Shown here piece after piece: positions 7,653 to 15,147 of a stretch of 64,000 bases of DNA. Below the pieces are notes generated by a model, which searched no databases, had not been told where the DNA came from, and worked only from the letters and a program-made list of their open reading frames with translations. The first letter of the stretch is position 1, and each line of letters starts with the position of its first letter. Position numbers and translations under genes: made by a program. The stretch is from a virus: IMG/VR virus record IMGVR_UViG_3300035181_002344. One strand, written 5' to 3'.

Positions 7653-8429
7653 TCATTCAACCCAATCTATCGTGAAATTTGGAAGCGTTTTTGCAGCTTC
7701 TTTTATCACCTCATGCATCTCTGGTGACATTGCTCTGTCATACGAGAATAGACAGTCGTCTGATAAAAAGACAGTTAAATCGCCATCACCTTTAATGAAG
7801 AAATCGGTCAATTCTGTCTTAACCGTCAGATAATATTTCTTTCTGAGGTCGATATTATCAGAAGTCCATACAATTTCGTGTATGGTCTCTTCGGAATTTT
7901 CAATTACATCGATAGAGATGATGGTTCCGTTGATTCTACGCTTACTAACTACTACGCCAGTTGGCGTACAGCTTGTTACAATCATAGAAACAATGTCACC
8001 AGAATTAAGAAGCATAAATGGAATCAATCTGTCATTTTCATCAACGCCATAATCACAGTTCCAAATCTTCGTCGAAATGACTTCTGGCATCCGGATGATT
8101 TTTATGCCCAGTTCTTCGAGAAAATCATACTCCTTTCTTGGAGGAGCAATGATTAGTTCGAATTGACGAATATAACTGAGTATTTCTTCATATTGAGCAA
8201 CTTCTGTTATGCCAATTTCCGGATAGGCGTCTTTAAAATATACAAATTCGCCGTATCCAAAATCGTCGGCAATATATTCATTACCACAACCGTCATTGTT
8301 GTGGTAAGAGAAATCAAATACCTCACGACTATCTGTAAATCCGCACCCACAACTATAAGCACCACCATATTGGTGTGCTAATTCGCTATATTGACTAGCA
8401 GATAAACCGATGAATGATAAAGTTTTCAT
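7653..8429 (-). CDS. hypothetical protein with CxCG...GCGxEY motif
   Basis: start moved to ATG 8429 after the leader RBS; Cys motif shared with 9160..9471. Confidence 0.7.
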   Translation of the reverse strand: MKTLSFIGLSASQYSELAHQYGGAYSCGCGFTDSREVFDFSYHNNDGCGNEYIADDFGYGEFVYFKDAYPEIGITEVAQYEEILSYIRQFELIIAPPRKEYDFLEELGIKIIRMPEVISTKIWNCDYGVDENDRLIPFMLLNSGDIVSMIVTSCTPTGVVVSKRRINGTIISIDVIENSEETIHEIVWTSDNIDLRKKYYLTVKTELTDFFIKGDGDLTVFLSDDCLFSYDRAMSPEMHEVIKEAAKTLPNFTIDWVE

Positions 8430-8435
8430 AATATT

Positions 8436-8545
8436 CTCCTTGCCCATTTTGGGCGATTTTTACCCTACAAAAGCCATATCACTCGATATGTTAAACTCGG
8501 GTTAATTGTTTCGTCAGCTATTTTTATAGTGGGCCTACTTCCACT
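8436..8545 (-). promoter_or_regulatory. conserved structured 5' leader, copy A
   Basis: hairpin/pseudoknot, A-tract, UAGCUGACGAAAC, GAGUUUAA stem-loop, GCCC/GGGC hairpin, AAGGAG. Confidence 0.75.
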
Positions 8546-8550
8546 TATTA

Positions 8551-8598
8551 GCTCCCGCGCCCGACTTGAACGGGCAACCAGCCTTACTGGGGCGGGAA
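8551..8598 (-). ncRNA. anticodon-less tRNA mimic, copy 1
   Basis: UUCCCGC-C-CCAG UAAGG CUGG-UU-GCCCG UUCAAGU CGGGC-GCGGGAG-C. Confidence 0.8.
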
Positions 8599-8603
8599 AG
8601 AGA

Positions 8604-8975
8604 TTATGACCGATGAACAATATAAAGGTCGGGGATAACATATTCTTCGCCCCTAACCTTTATCATTTTATATCGTTCATCAATCTCATCTACCTGCATA
8701 CTTGAATTCTCTCCCATTATCTCAATACTGCCATTATCTCTTATTATGACAGCAGAGATCACGGGGTTTAATAATCTGACAATTCCCCTAAACATCGGTT
8801 GACCTTTACGATCAACCTTATTCAAAGGAATTTCTTCGATTATGTCAGCCTCCCAAATCTCATCTTCTCTAACGAGTTTGAGATTTTCGAAGGCCGGAAA
8901 GACAACTCTTCCATTTCGGAAGATCGGGTCGCTCGTGAGCCTCCCGAACTTGTCTCTCTTTATTTTAAATATCAT
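8604..8975 (-). CDS. hypothetical protein (beta-rich, possibly OB-like)
   Basis: ORF track; preceded by leader copy B with RBS; fold is a guess. Confidence 0.7.
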   Translation of the reverse strand: MIFKIKRDKFGRLTSDPIFRNGRVVFPAFENLKLVREDEIWEADIIEEIPLNKVDRKGQPMFRGIVRLLNPVISAVIIRDNGSIEIMGENSSMQVDEIDERYKMIKVRGEEYVIPDLYIVHRS

Positions 8976-8981
8976 AATGAA

Positions 8982-9091
8982 CTCCTTGCCCTTCTGGGCG
9001 ATTTATGTCCTACGAAAGCCACGTCATCTAACGTGTTAAACTCGGACTTATGGTTTCATCAGCTATGGTTTATAGTGGAGCCTATTCCACT
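8982..9091 (-). promoter_or_regulatory. conserved structured 5' leader, copy B
   Basis: same architecture as copy A, with compensatory stem changes. Confidence 0.75.
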
Positions 9092-9096
9092 TTCTA

Positions 9097-9144
9097 GTTC
9101 CCACGCCCGACTCGAACGGGCAGCTGGCCTTTCCAGGGCGGGAA
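9097..9144 (-). ncRNA. anticodon-less tRNA mimic, copy 2
   Basis: UUCCCGC-C-CUGG AAAGG CCAG-CU-GCCCG UUCGAGU CGGGC-GUGGGAA-C. Confidence 0.8.
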
Positions 9145-9159
9145 AGAGATAAGCAGAGA

Positions 9160-9471
9160 TCAATCCCAGATCAATACTGGGATTGCCAATTGCTTTTCTA
9201 TTATCTCACCAGCGATGTCGCCTCTTTTAACAACGACGACATTATATTCGCCTCTTATTGAGGCGTTAACGATATTATCTATTATATCGTCGTCGTTTAT
9301 AATGACCACATCATATTCACATCTGCGGCCAATATATTCGTAACCGCATCCGTGTGGTGTTTGTTCCTCGTGTGCTGCGCCACAATCGCAGACCCAGCGG
9401 TTTGCAAAGTGGTTATCGAGGAAATTAATTAATTTAATAGATGGTTCGAAGTTGATAACTAATGATTTCAT
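9160..9471 (-). CDS. hypothetical protein with CxCG...GCGxEY motif
   Basis: ORF track; leader copy C with RBS upstream. Confidence 0.7.
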   Translation of the reverse strand: MKSLVINFEPSIKLINFLDNHFANRWVCDCGAAHEEQTPHGCGYEYIGRRCEYDVVIINDDDIIDNIVNASIRGEYNVVVVKRGDIAGEIIEKQLAIPVLIWD

Positions 9472-9476
9472 AACAT

Positions 9477-9585
9477 CTCCTTGCCCTTTCGGGCTATTTT
9501 TGTCCTACTAAAGCCACGCCACTCGGCATGTTAAACTCGGACCTAGAGTTTCGTCGGCTATTTTTAACGCGGGCCTACTTCCGCG
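9477..9585 (-). promoter_or_regulatory. conserved structured 5' leader, copy C
   Basis: CGCGG AAGUAGGC CCGCG-UUAAAAA-UAGCCGACGAAAC...GUCC GAGUUUAA...GGAC...GCCC GAAA GGGC AAGGAG. Confidence 0.75.
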
Positions 9586-9607
9586 ATCAATTCTATAATT
9601 GGTTCGA

Positions 9608-10795
9608 TTATGTCAACTTATGGAAGGCCTCTACAAGACCTTCCGCAATACTATCGATAAGGCCAACGTTAACTCTATAAACGTACATAACCCTACCGTT
9701 ATTTACTGGCATCCATTCAGCTTTTGGACTACCAGAATTATGAGCATAAGTATCCATATAAATCCATGTGGATTTTGGTGATATCTTATGCTGCATTAGA
9801 TGGCCTATGCCATCGCCGTCACCAATATAGAGAACATAGTCGAATTTATCGTATATTCTCTGCTGATCAATTGACTGATCTTTGTTTTCATCTATTATTT
9901 CGCCATTTCCATTTGACGCATAATAGATGTCGACATTGATATCTTTGGCGAATTTTGCTAATGCTTGGGCGATCTTTTTCGTAGCACCCGAGAATGCGGC
10001 ACATGAACCGCTCTCATCATTTGTGATGAGAATCTTTGGTCCCGTACTCATCCGCCAAGGATCATATACTGCAGGTAGCGGATTTCTATTTGTTGCCCGC
10101 AGTATTTCGTATTTCAAAGGATTCATTTTCTCTTCTTCAATTGTGGGTAATCCTTTCAAACCCCACAATTTAGCCAACGTTTCAACACAAATCATTACTT
10201 CGCGATCATCTACTTCGACATCGCCACCACTACCAACAGATGTGGCCGATGACTTGTGTTGTTTGTTGACCAATTGAAGTTTTGCATCGGGATGTTCGTC
10301 AAGATATCTCTTGTAGCTATCCCGATAATACTTCTTTTCGCGTCTTTCCTTTTTCTTCTTATTGAAAGAGTAAGACGCAACCTCTTTCATCATGGCCTTT
10401 TGAACCTTTTGATAATTCTGGGCATCTTTACGTCCAGATTTATCTTTCGGTTCTGAAGATTTACCTTCTTCCTTGCCGTTACGTTTTTCTTGATGAGCAA
10501 CGCTATCTCCTCCGTGAGAGTCGTCGCTCATCTTATCAACAGCGTCTCTTACTTCTGCTTCTATTTCATGGAGACGCTTTTTGTTAATCTTGAATAATTG
10601 GCCATTTCCCAATTTAAGCGCCTCATCCATTGTGATGCGCTTTGGTGGCCAATTGTTTGTATCCCAAGGACTGTATTTATTGGCACCATTGATTTCGCTC
10701 AAGATGCCATCCTTTTTATCCGGCATATACTTATACAAGTATGGTTTGCCAGACTTATCCCTTAGGATAAACAGAATTTCAAAATTCGTTTTCAT
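9608..10795 (-). CDS. vWA (MIDAS) domain protein, partner of the MoxR AAA+
   Basis: ILITNDESGSC (DxSxS) and YIGDGD; adjacent to the AAA+ gene. Confidence 0.7.
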   Translation of the reverse strand: MKTNFEILFILRDKSGKPYLYKYMPDKKDGILSEINGANKYSPWDTNNWPPKRITMDEALKLGNGQLFKINKKRLHEIEAEVRDAVDKMSDDSHGGDSVAHQEKRNGKEEGKSSEPKDKSGRKDAQNYQKVQKAMMKEVASYSFNKKKKERREKKYYRDSYKRYLDEHPDAKLQLVNKQHKSSATSVGSGGDVEVDDREVMICVETLAKLWGLKGLPTIEEEKMNPLKYEILRATNRNPLPAVYDPWRMSTGPKILITNDESGSCAAFSGATKKIAQALAKFAKDINVDIYYASNGNGEIIDENKDQSIDQQRIYDKFDYVLYIGDGDGIGHLMQHKISPKSTWIYMDTYAHNSGSPKAEWMPVNNGRVMYVYRVNVGLIDSIAEGLVEAFHKLT

Positions 10796-10818
10796 TTCTT
10801 TCCTTCCTTTTTTTTCTA

Positions 10819-10865
10819 GTTCCCGCGCCCGACTCGAACGGGCCGATGGCCTACCATGGTGGGAA
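10819..10865 (-). ncRNA. anticodon-less tRNA mimic, copy 3
   Basis: UUCCCAC-C-AUGG UAGG CCAU-CG-GCCCG UUCGAGU CGGGC-GCGGGAA-C. Confidence 0.8.
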
Positions 10866-10871
10866 AAGGCG

Positions 10872-11597
10872 TTAGCAATATTCTGCTTTCAACGCCTTAT
10901 AGACGTTGAATCTGCAGATCATCTGCATTTTTGCCTTTAATGTAGAAGGATTGCTGGTATCCTTCCACAGACTGGTCCAGAAAGCAGACTCTGGAAGCCC
11001 ACTCTGGATCAGTTTTATCAACGTTGCCATCTCTATCGCAGATGGCGCCCTAAAAGCGTCATCAGCGCGAAGCGATGACAAGATATTCTTTACTACATTC
11101 TTGTATTCTAGCCCAGCATGCTGAAATACAAGTCGATCAGTCTCTACGCTGTAGTCGACGTAGAGTCTGATTGTAAACCTTCTAAGGGTTTCCTCCCGCA
11201 ACGTTCTACGGTTATTAGAGGTTGCGAGGAAGATTATATTTTCTGGGTGGTACTCGATTGTCCTACCCATGATTTCGATTTGGTTATCCTCGAGTAGAGG
11301 TAACAATAAATCCTCCACTCTGGAACGGCTTTTGTCGATCTCGTCCAAGAGGATGATTACTTTCTCTTGGCGAGATTTCTCCAATCCCTTTGTTAGGGGA
11401 GTTGGGAAAACTTGCAAATTACTTTCCATTACGGTCCACCCAAAGAATAATTCTTCGGGGGTAAGACTGTCCGTAATGGACATTTTAAATATCTGGCAAT
11501 TGAACTTATCTGCCAGTCTCTTAGCAGTATAAGTCTTGCCAGATCCGGGAGGACCCCATAAAAGGGCTTTCATCCCGAAATTGATTATATTGATCAT
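10872..11597 (-). CDS. MoxR-like AAA+ ATPase
   Basis: Walker A GPPGSGKT, Walker B ILLDEIDK, sensor ATSN, arginine finger LRRF. Confidence 0.9.
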   Translation of the reverse strand: MINIINFGMKALLWGPPGSGKTYTAKRLADKFNCQIFKMSITDSLTPEELFFGWTVMESNLQVFPTPLTKGLEKSRQEKVIILLDEIDKSRSRVEDLLLPLLEDNQIEIMGRTIEYHPENIIFLATSNNRRTLREETLRRFTIRLYVDYSVETDRLVFQHAGLEYKNVVKNILSSLRADDAFRAPSAIEMATLIKLIQSGLPESAFWTSLWKDTSNPSTLKAKMQMICRFNVYKALKAEYC

Positions 11598-11649
11598 TTT
11601 TTATTCCTTATCTTTTATCCGCCGCCGATTCTCCCGCTTGGCGCGGTTT

Positions 11650-12075
11650 ACTGCATCAATAAGCACCTAAATCTTATTGATGCCCTATAGCTTTAGAGCG
11701 GTTATCTACACGACTTGATGCCCGCTCTTGGGAGCACCTTTATGGCCATCATATTCGTCAAAACCCTATATCAGCAGCCCAAGAACCTACAAAATACTAC
11801 CGATATCTGGTACATGCCAGACGAATACTCATCTTCGCTCAGCTATGAAATCGCGAAGATGACGACCAGTCATAGTCACCATAGAGATATCCTTCAATAA
11901 TATCCATAATAAAGCCATAGCTCTTCTTATGGCATTCAGAAATGGGATATCCCCGTTGTTCACCTGCCCAGCGTAGAGGAGTTAAGTCGTGTTACCTTCC
12001 TCTATCAACTGCTATGTCAGCAAACAATACATAGTTCCGTTGTTTAAAGTGGTAAACGGCACCACTGGGTGGTTT
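11650..12075 (-). ncRNA. putative multi-hairpin non-coding RNA region
   Basis: no convincing ORF; inverted repeats GCATCAATAAG/CTTATTGATGC, TCATCTTCGC/GCGAAGATGA, TAGAGGA/TCCTCTA, CTATGT/ACATAG, AGTGGT/ACCACT. Confidence 0.45.
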
Positions 12076-12142
12076 TAAGGACTCATGATTCTTCTCCTTA
12101 CTTTTTGTTGTCAATCGAACACGTACAATTACGCATTCTTGA

Positions 12143-12189
12143 GTTCCCATGCCCGACTCGAACGGGCTGCCATCCTGATGGGATGGGAA
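12143..12189 (-). ncRNA. anticodon-less tRNA mimic, copy 4
   Basis: UUCCCAU-C-CCAU CAGG AUGG-CA-GCCCG UUCGAGU CGGGC-AUGGGAA-C. Confidence 0.8.
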
Positions 12190-12221
12190 TCGGCATTTTT
12201 TATTCTCTTGCCAGGAGATCG

Positions 12222-12318
12222 ACCCCTACTAAGGACACATCGTACGATGTACGACCTGTTGAACTCGAGGTTCAATTGGTTACCATGGTTTATTTTTAAC
12301 GTGAGCCTTATACACACG
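12222..12318 (-). promoter_or_regulatory. divergent copy D of the structured leader motif
   Basis: CGUG...AAGGCU CACG-UUAAAAAUA...ACCUC GAGUUCAA...UUAGUA GGGGU; no RBS/ORF attached. Confidence 0.5.
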
Positions 12319-12721
12319 GGCTTGCAGATGAATAGAAATAAATGATACAATTATAAGCCAATAATTGTATCTGAACTTTCCCGCACATACACAACATCAT
12401 GCTGATAATATGCGGGAAGAAAAAAATGGGGAAAACAGTCCAAACCAGCTCTCTTTTATTCGGCTGAGAGCCCCACCTATCTGTATGCTGATCTAAGAGA
12501 AATATCTCTTAGTTTTATTGGCTTAAATCCATTCGTAAATAGATATAAGCGCATACACAAATTCTGAGGAATCGTCGATGAAACAGCGGCCAACTTCTTA
12601 GTCAGATGTTGGCAAATATCGAGAGTAAATTGATCCCTCATTCACTGAAGTTATCTCGTTGATTAAAAAGGAGGGTGGCTCGAAACAAATTCTTTCAAAC
12701 CACCTAACCTTATATATCACC

Positions 12722-12997
12722 CAGTATCTCGCTCTCTGTGCTAAGGTTTTATTTTCAGTCAGTCGCTCTCTATTCTAAGGTCACGCTTCAGTCAGTCGCT
12801 CTCTATTCTAGAGCTGTATCTTAGCCTGTTGCTCTCACTTCTTCAGTCCGTCGATCTCTATTCTAAGGTCTCGCCTTAGTCTATAGATCTCTGCTCATCA
12901 GTCAGTCGATCTCTGTTCTAAGGTTTTATTTTTTAGTATCTCGCTCTCTATGCTAGAGTTGTATTTTGGTCTGTCAGTATCTCGCTCTCTATGCTAA
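12722..12997 (+). repeat. array of nine imperfect direct repeats, consensus YAGTmwsTCGmTCTCTrTkCTArG
   Basis: units start at about 12722, 12756, 12789, 12822, 12844, 12877, 12899, 12934 and 12975. Confidence 0.85.
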
Positions 12998-13139
12998 TAG
13001 CACCCCCAGGGGGCTCGAGAGAAATTAAAAGGATTTGTTAAAAATTGATGAGGGCAGAAATTATAAAATAAAAAAAACCGCCGAATATATATCTTTTATC
13101 CGCTAAATCCCTAAATATAAGTAATAAATAACCTTGATA

Positions 13140-13191
13140 AATCGATTTTTATCACTTCCAGCTTGATTTACTCAATCCACACTAAGATGTT
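13140..13191 (+). promoter_or_regulatory. candidate phage promoter (AATCGATTTT-N13-TTGATT; downstream box degenerate)
   Basis: same spacing as the copies at 22701, 56761 and 62566; precedes the first plus-strand gene. Confidence 0.5.
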
Positions 13192-13217
13192 ACGGCAGTA
13201 AATAATTTGGCATTAGT

Positions 13218-13475
13218 ATGTCATACGCTACATTTAAAAAATATCTTAAAAACGAAGAATTTGATAAGGCTTTTATCGACTTAGCTAAAATGGTTGATAA
13301 AAGGAGTAAGAATGTTTTATTAGCAGATAGAGAATTCCATGATGCTGTGATAAAAAAAGATATGAAAACATATCGTATGATAATGGCGCAGGTTGAAAAA
13401 AGAATTTATGAAGTTTATGGAGACAAAATAAATGACCTCTTTGAAAAATACAATGCTATCTGGAAAAAAGGCTGA
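13218..13475 (+). CDS. hypothetical protein
   Basis: ORF track; first gene of the plus-strand operon. Confidence 0.65.
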   Translation: MSYATFKKYLKNEEFDKAFIDLAKMVDKRSKNVLLADREFHDAVIKKDMKTYRMIMAQVEKRIYEVYGDKINDLFEKYNAIWKKG

Positions 13476-13707
13476 TTTTTTTGATCAGATCAGAGAGATT
13501 TATGAATTTATGAAATCTGGTTATATCCAGGCTTATTGCGAATTATATAGACAAAGAGAAAAAGAGAATAAAGATCCATTAGATTGTGTATATGTAAAGA
13601 CAGCTATGAGAAAGATTTTACAGAATGGAGAACCTGAAAAAATTTTGCCCGCTTTGAAAAATTTAGTAGCAATAATAGAGAATAAACAATGGAACCAGGC
13701 TTTATAG
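13432..13707 (+). CDS. hypothetical protein
   Basis: ORF track; overlaps both neighbours (start uncertain). Confidence 0.6.
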   Translation: MTSLKNTMLSGKKADFFDQIREIYEFMKSGYIQAYCELYRQREKENKDPLDCVYVKTAMRKILQNGEPEKILPALKNLVAIIENKQWNQAL

Positions 13708-14573
13708 ATTTTGAAAAAGAAATTCAAAAAGCGATTATTAATAAACAAAAGAAAGAAGAAATGGATATAGCTATAAATAAGGCTATAGAAGAACAAGGTG
13801 TTTCAGATCCTAAGGATCTAGAATTACCAAAGCAAGATTCTAAAAAAACCGGGTTAGTAAAATCTGTAAGACTTGATGGTATTGCTCTTACTACAGATAA
13901 TAAGCTTACAAGAACAGAATATTTTCAACAAATGAATCCCCGCAATTTAATTTATGGGGATATGACTTTTACAAAAGAACAAGCACAATATTTGAATGCT
14001 AATTATAAAAGGCTAGCTATTGGTGTTAACTCTGTTGTAGCTATGCGTTGTACAGGAAGTGAATGTGGTTTTGCTAGTAGTTGTCCTTATGTGCAAATAG
14101 ATAATGCACCTATTGGAAAGCCATGTTTGTTAGAATATGATTTGCTGAATTATCACACTCAAAGGTTTATGGAAGAGTTTCAAGTGGATCCTGCTCAGCA
14201 TAGTGAGGTGATGTTAATTCAGGAATTAGCCGAATTGATTATTTATGAAATGAGATTATCTCGTGTACTTAGTGAACCTGGTGATGCATTATTGTTTTCC
14301 GAGGAAATTTCTTTTGATAAAACTGGAAATGAAATTAAGAATGAGAAGACACATTGGGCATGGGAATTAAAGGAAAGAATTAAAACCCGCCGCCTTAAAA
14401 TTATGGAATCTTTAAATGCAACAAGAAAACAAAAAGCCGACTACAACAAACCAGTCGAAGGAGATTCGACATACGTCGCTTTTGTTACAAACCTCAGGAA
14501 AAAAATCGACGCTATCTCCACTACAGAAGAAGCTGATTTTACGGAGGATGAAGAAAAGAATGAGAACAAATGA
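13689..14573 (+). CDS. Cys-cluster protein, possible terminase small subunit
   Basis: C-x4-C-x5-C...C cluster followed by a helical region ending LNATRKQK; lies next to the repeat array and upstream of TerL; function is inference. Confidence 0.35.
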   Translation: MEPGFIDFEKEIQKAIINKQKKEEMDIAINKAIEEQGVSDPKDLELPKQDSKKTGLVKSVRLDGIALTTDNKLTRTEYFQQMNPRNLIYGDMTFTKEQAQYLNANYKRLAIGVNSVVAMRCTGSECGFASSCPYVQIDNAPIGKPCLLEYDLLNYHTQRFMEEFQVDPAQHSEVMLIQELAELIIYEMRLSRVLSEPGDALLFSEEISFDKTGNEIKNEKTHWAWELKERIKTRRLKIMESLNATRKQKADYNKPVEGDSTYVAFVTNLRKKIDAISTTEEADFTEDEEKNENK

Positions 14574-15147
14574 AAGTGGTATTCGTTTAATAAAAGCCTT
14601 TGAAGGGCTTAGACTTAAAGCATATAAATGTCCTGCTGGGATTTGGACAATTGGATATGGTCATACATTAAATGTGTTCCCTGGGCAAGTTATCACTGAA
14701 CAGGAAGCTGACACTTTATTAAAAATGGATATACAATTATATGAGAAAATAATCACTCCATTTATTAAAGTGCAGGTTAATGATAACCAATTTAGCGCTC
14801 TTGTTTCTTTTGCTTATAATGTAGGACCGGGTAATCCAAAAGCTATATTTAAGAAAGGTGGGTTATATTGGTCAGATATTTTAAAGGAATTAAATGCAGG
14901 AAATTATGAAGCCGCCGCTGATGCTTTTTTATTATATAATAAAGCAAGAGATCCAAAAACTAAAAACATTATTGAATTAGCTGGTCTTACGAAACGTAGA
15001 AAAGCAGAACGAGAATTGTTTTTAACAAAAGATGCAACTCCTCAATATTACGAAATACCTGAAATGCCAGTGGCAGATTTAGAAATGATTCCATTTTCTG
15101 AACATAAATTAACTATAGATACATTAAAATATCATAATTTAGCATGA
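14560..15147 (+). CDS. GH24 phage lysozyme (endolysin)
   Basis: FEGLRLKAYKCPAGIWTIGYGHT, NQFSALVSFAYNVG, GLTKRRKAERELF; start at ATG 14560. Confidence 0.92.
   Translation: MRTNESGIRLIKAFEGLRLKAYKCPAGIWTIGYGHTLNVFPGQVITEQEADTLLKMDIQLYEKIITPFIKVQVNDNQFSALVSFAYNVGPGNPKAIFKKGGLYWSDILKELNAGNYEAAADAFLLYNKARDPKTKNIIELAGLTKRRKAERELFLTKDATPQYYEIPEMPVADLEMIPFSEHKLTIDTLKYHNLA

Noticed and set aside
8505-9560. Hammerhead ribozyme in the leader motif (CUGAYGA)
   Set aside because: CUGAYGA runs straight into AAC with no stem II or separate GAAA, copy C reads CCGACGA, and no stem I/III with an NUH site was found.
8436-9585. Pistol ribozyme, or preQ1-I/SAM-II riboswitch identity for the leader
   Set aside because: Only the hairpin plus A-tract architecture is similar, and the recalled family-specific nucleotides and pairings are not matched. 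An Rfam scan is needed to exclude these formally.
11601-11918. Stop-codon recoding: a minus-strand frame with five in-frame TAGs
   Set aside because: The frame also contains a TGA, other genes appear to end at TAG (765..953, 7264..7575, 62624..63205), the long genes are intact under code 11, and the region is better explained by RNA hairpins.
3606-12189. Functional decoding tRNA genes
   Set aside because: All five tRNA-like elements lack an anticodon stem-loop and are only 47-57 nt, so they are called ncRNA mimics.
8799-12350. Plus-strand ORFs 8799..9152, 10581..10940 and 12085..12345 sharing SSHARLERA-like peptides
   Set aside because: The shared peptide is just the antisense translation of the repeated tRNA mimics; two of these ORFs also overlap real minus-strand genes.
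12722-12997. CRISPR or mini-CRISPR array
   Set aside because: The repeats are degenerate and non-palindromic, the gaps are only 0-19 nt and themselves recur (GGTTTTATTTT, GAGYTGTAT), and no cas locus is present.
14416-14559. 48-aa N-terminal extension of the lysozyme
   Set aside because: It overlaps the upstream gene, and the GH24 similarity begins at MRTNESG (14560).
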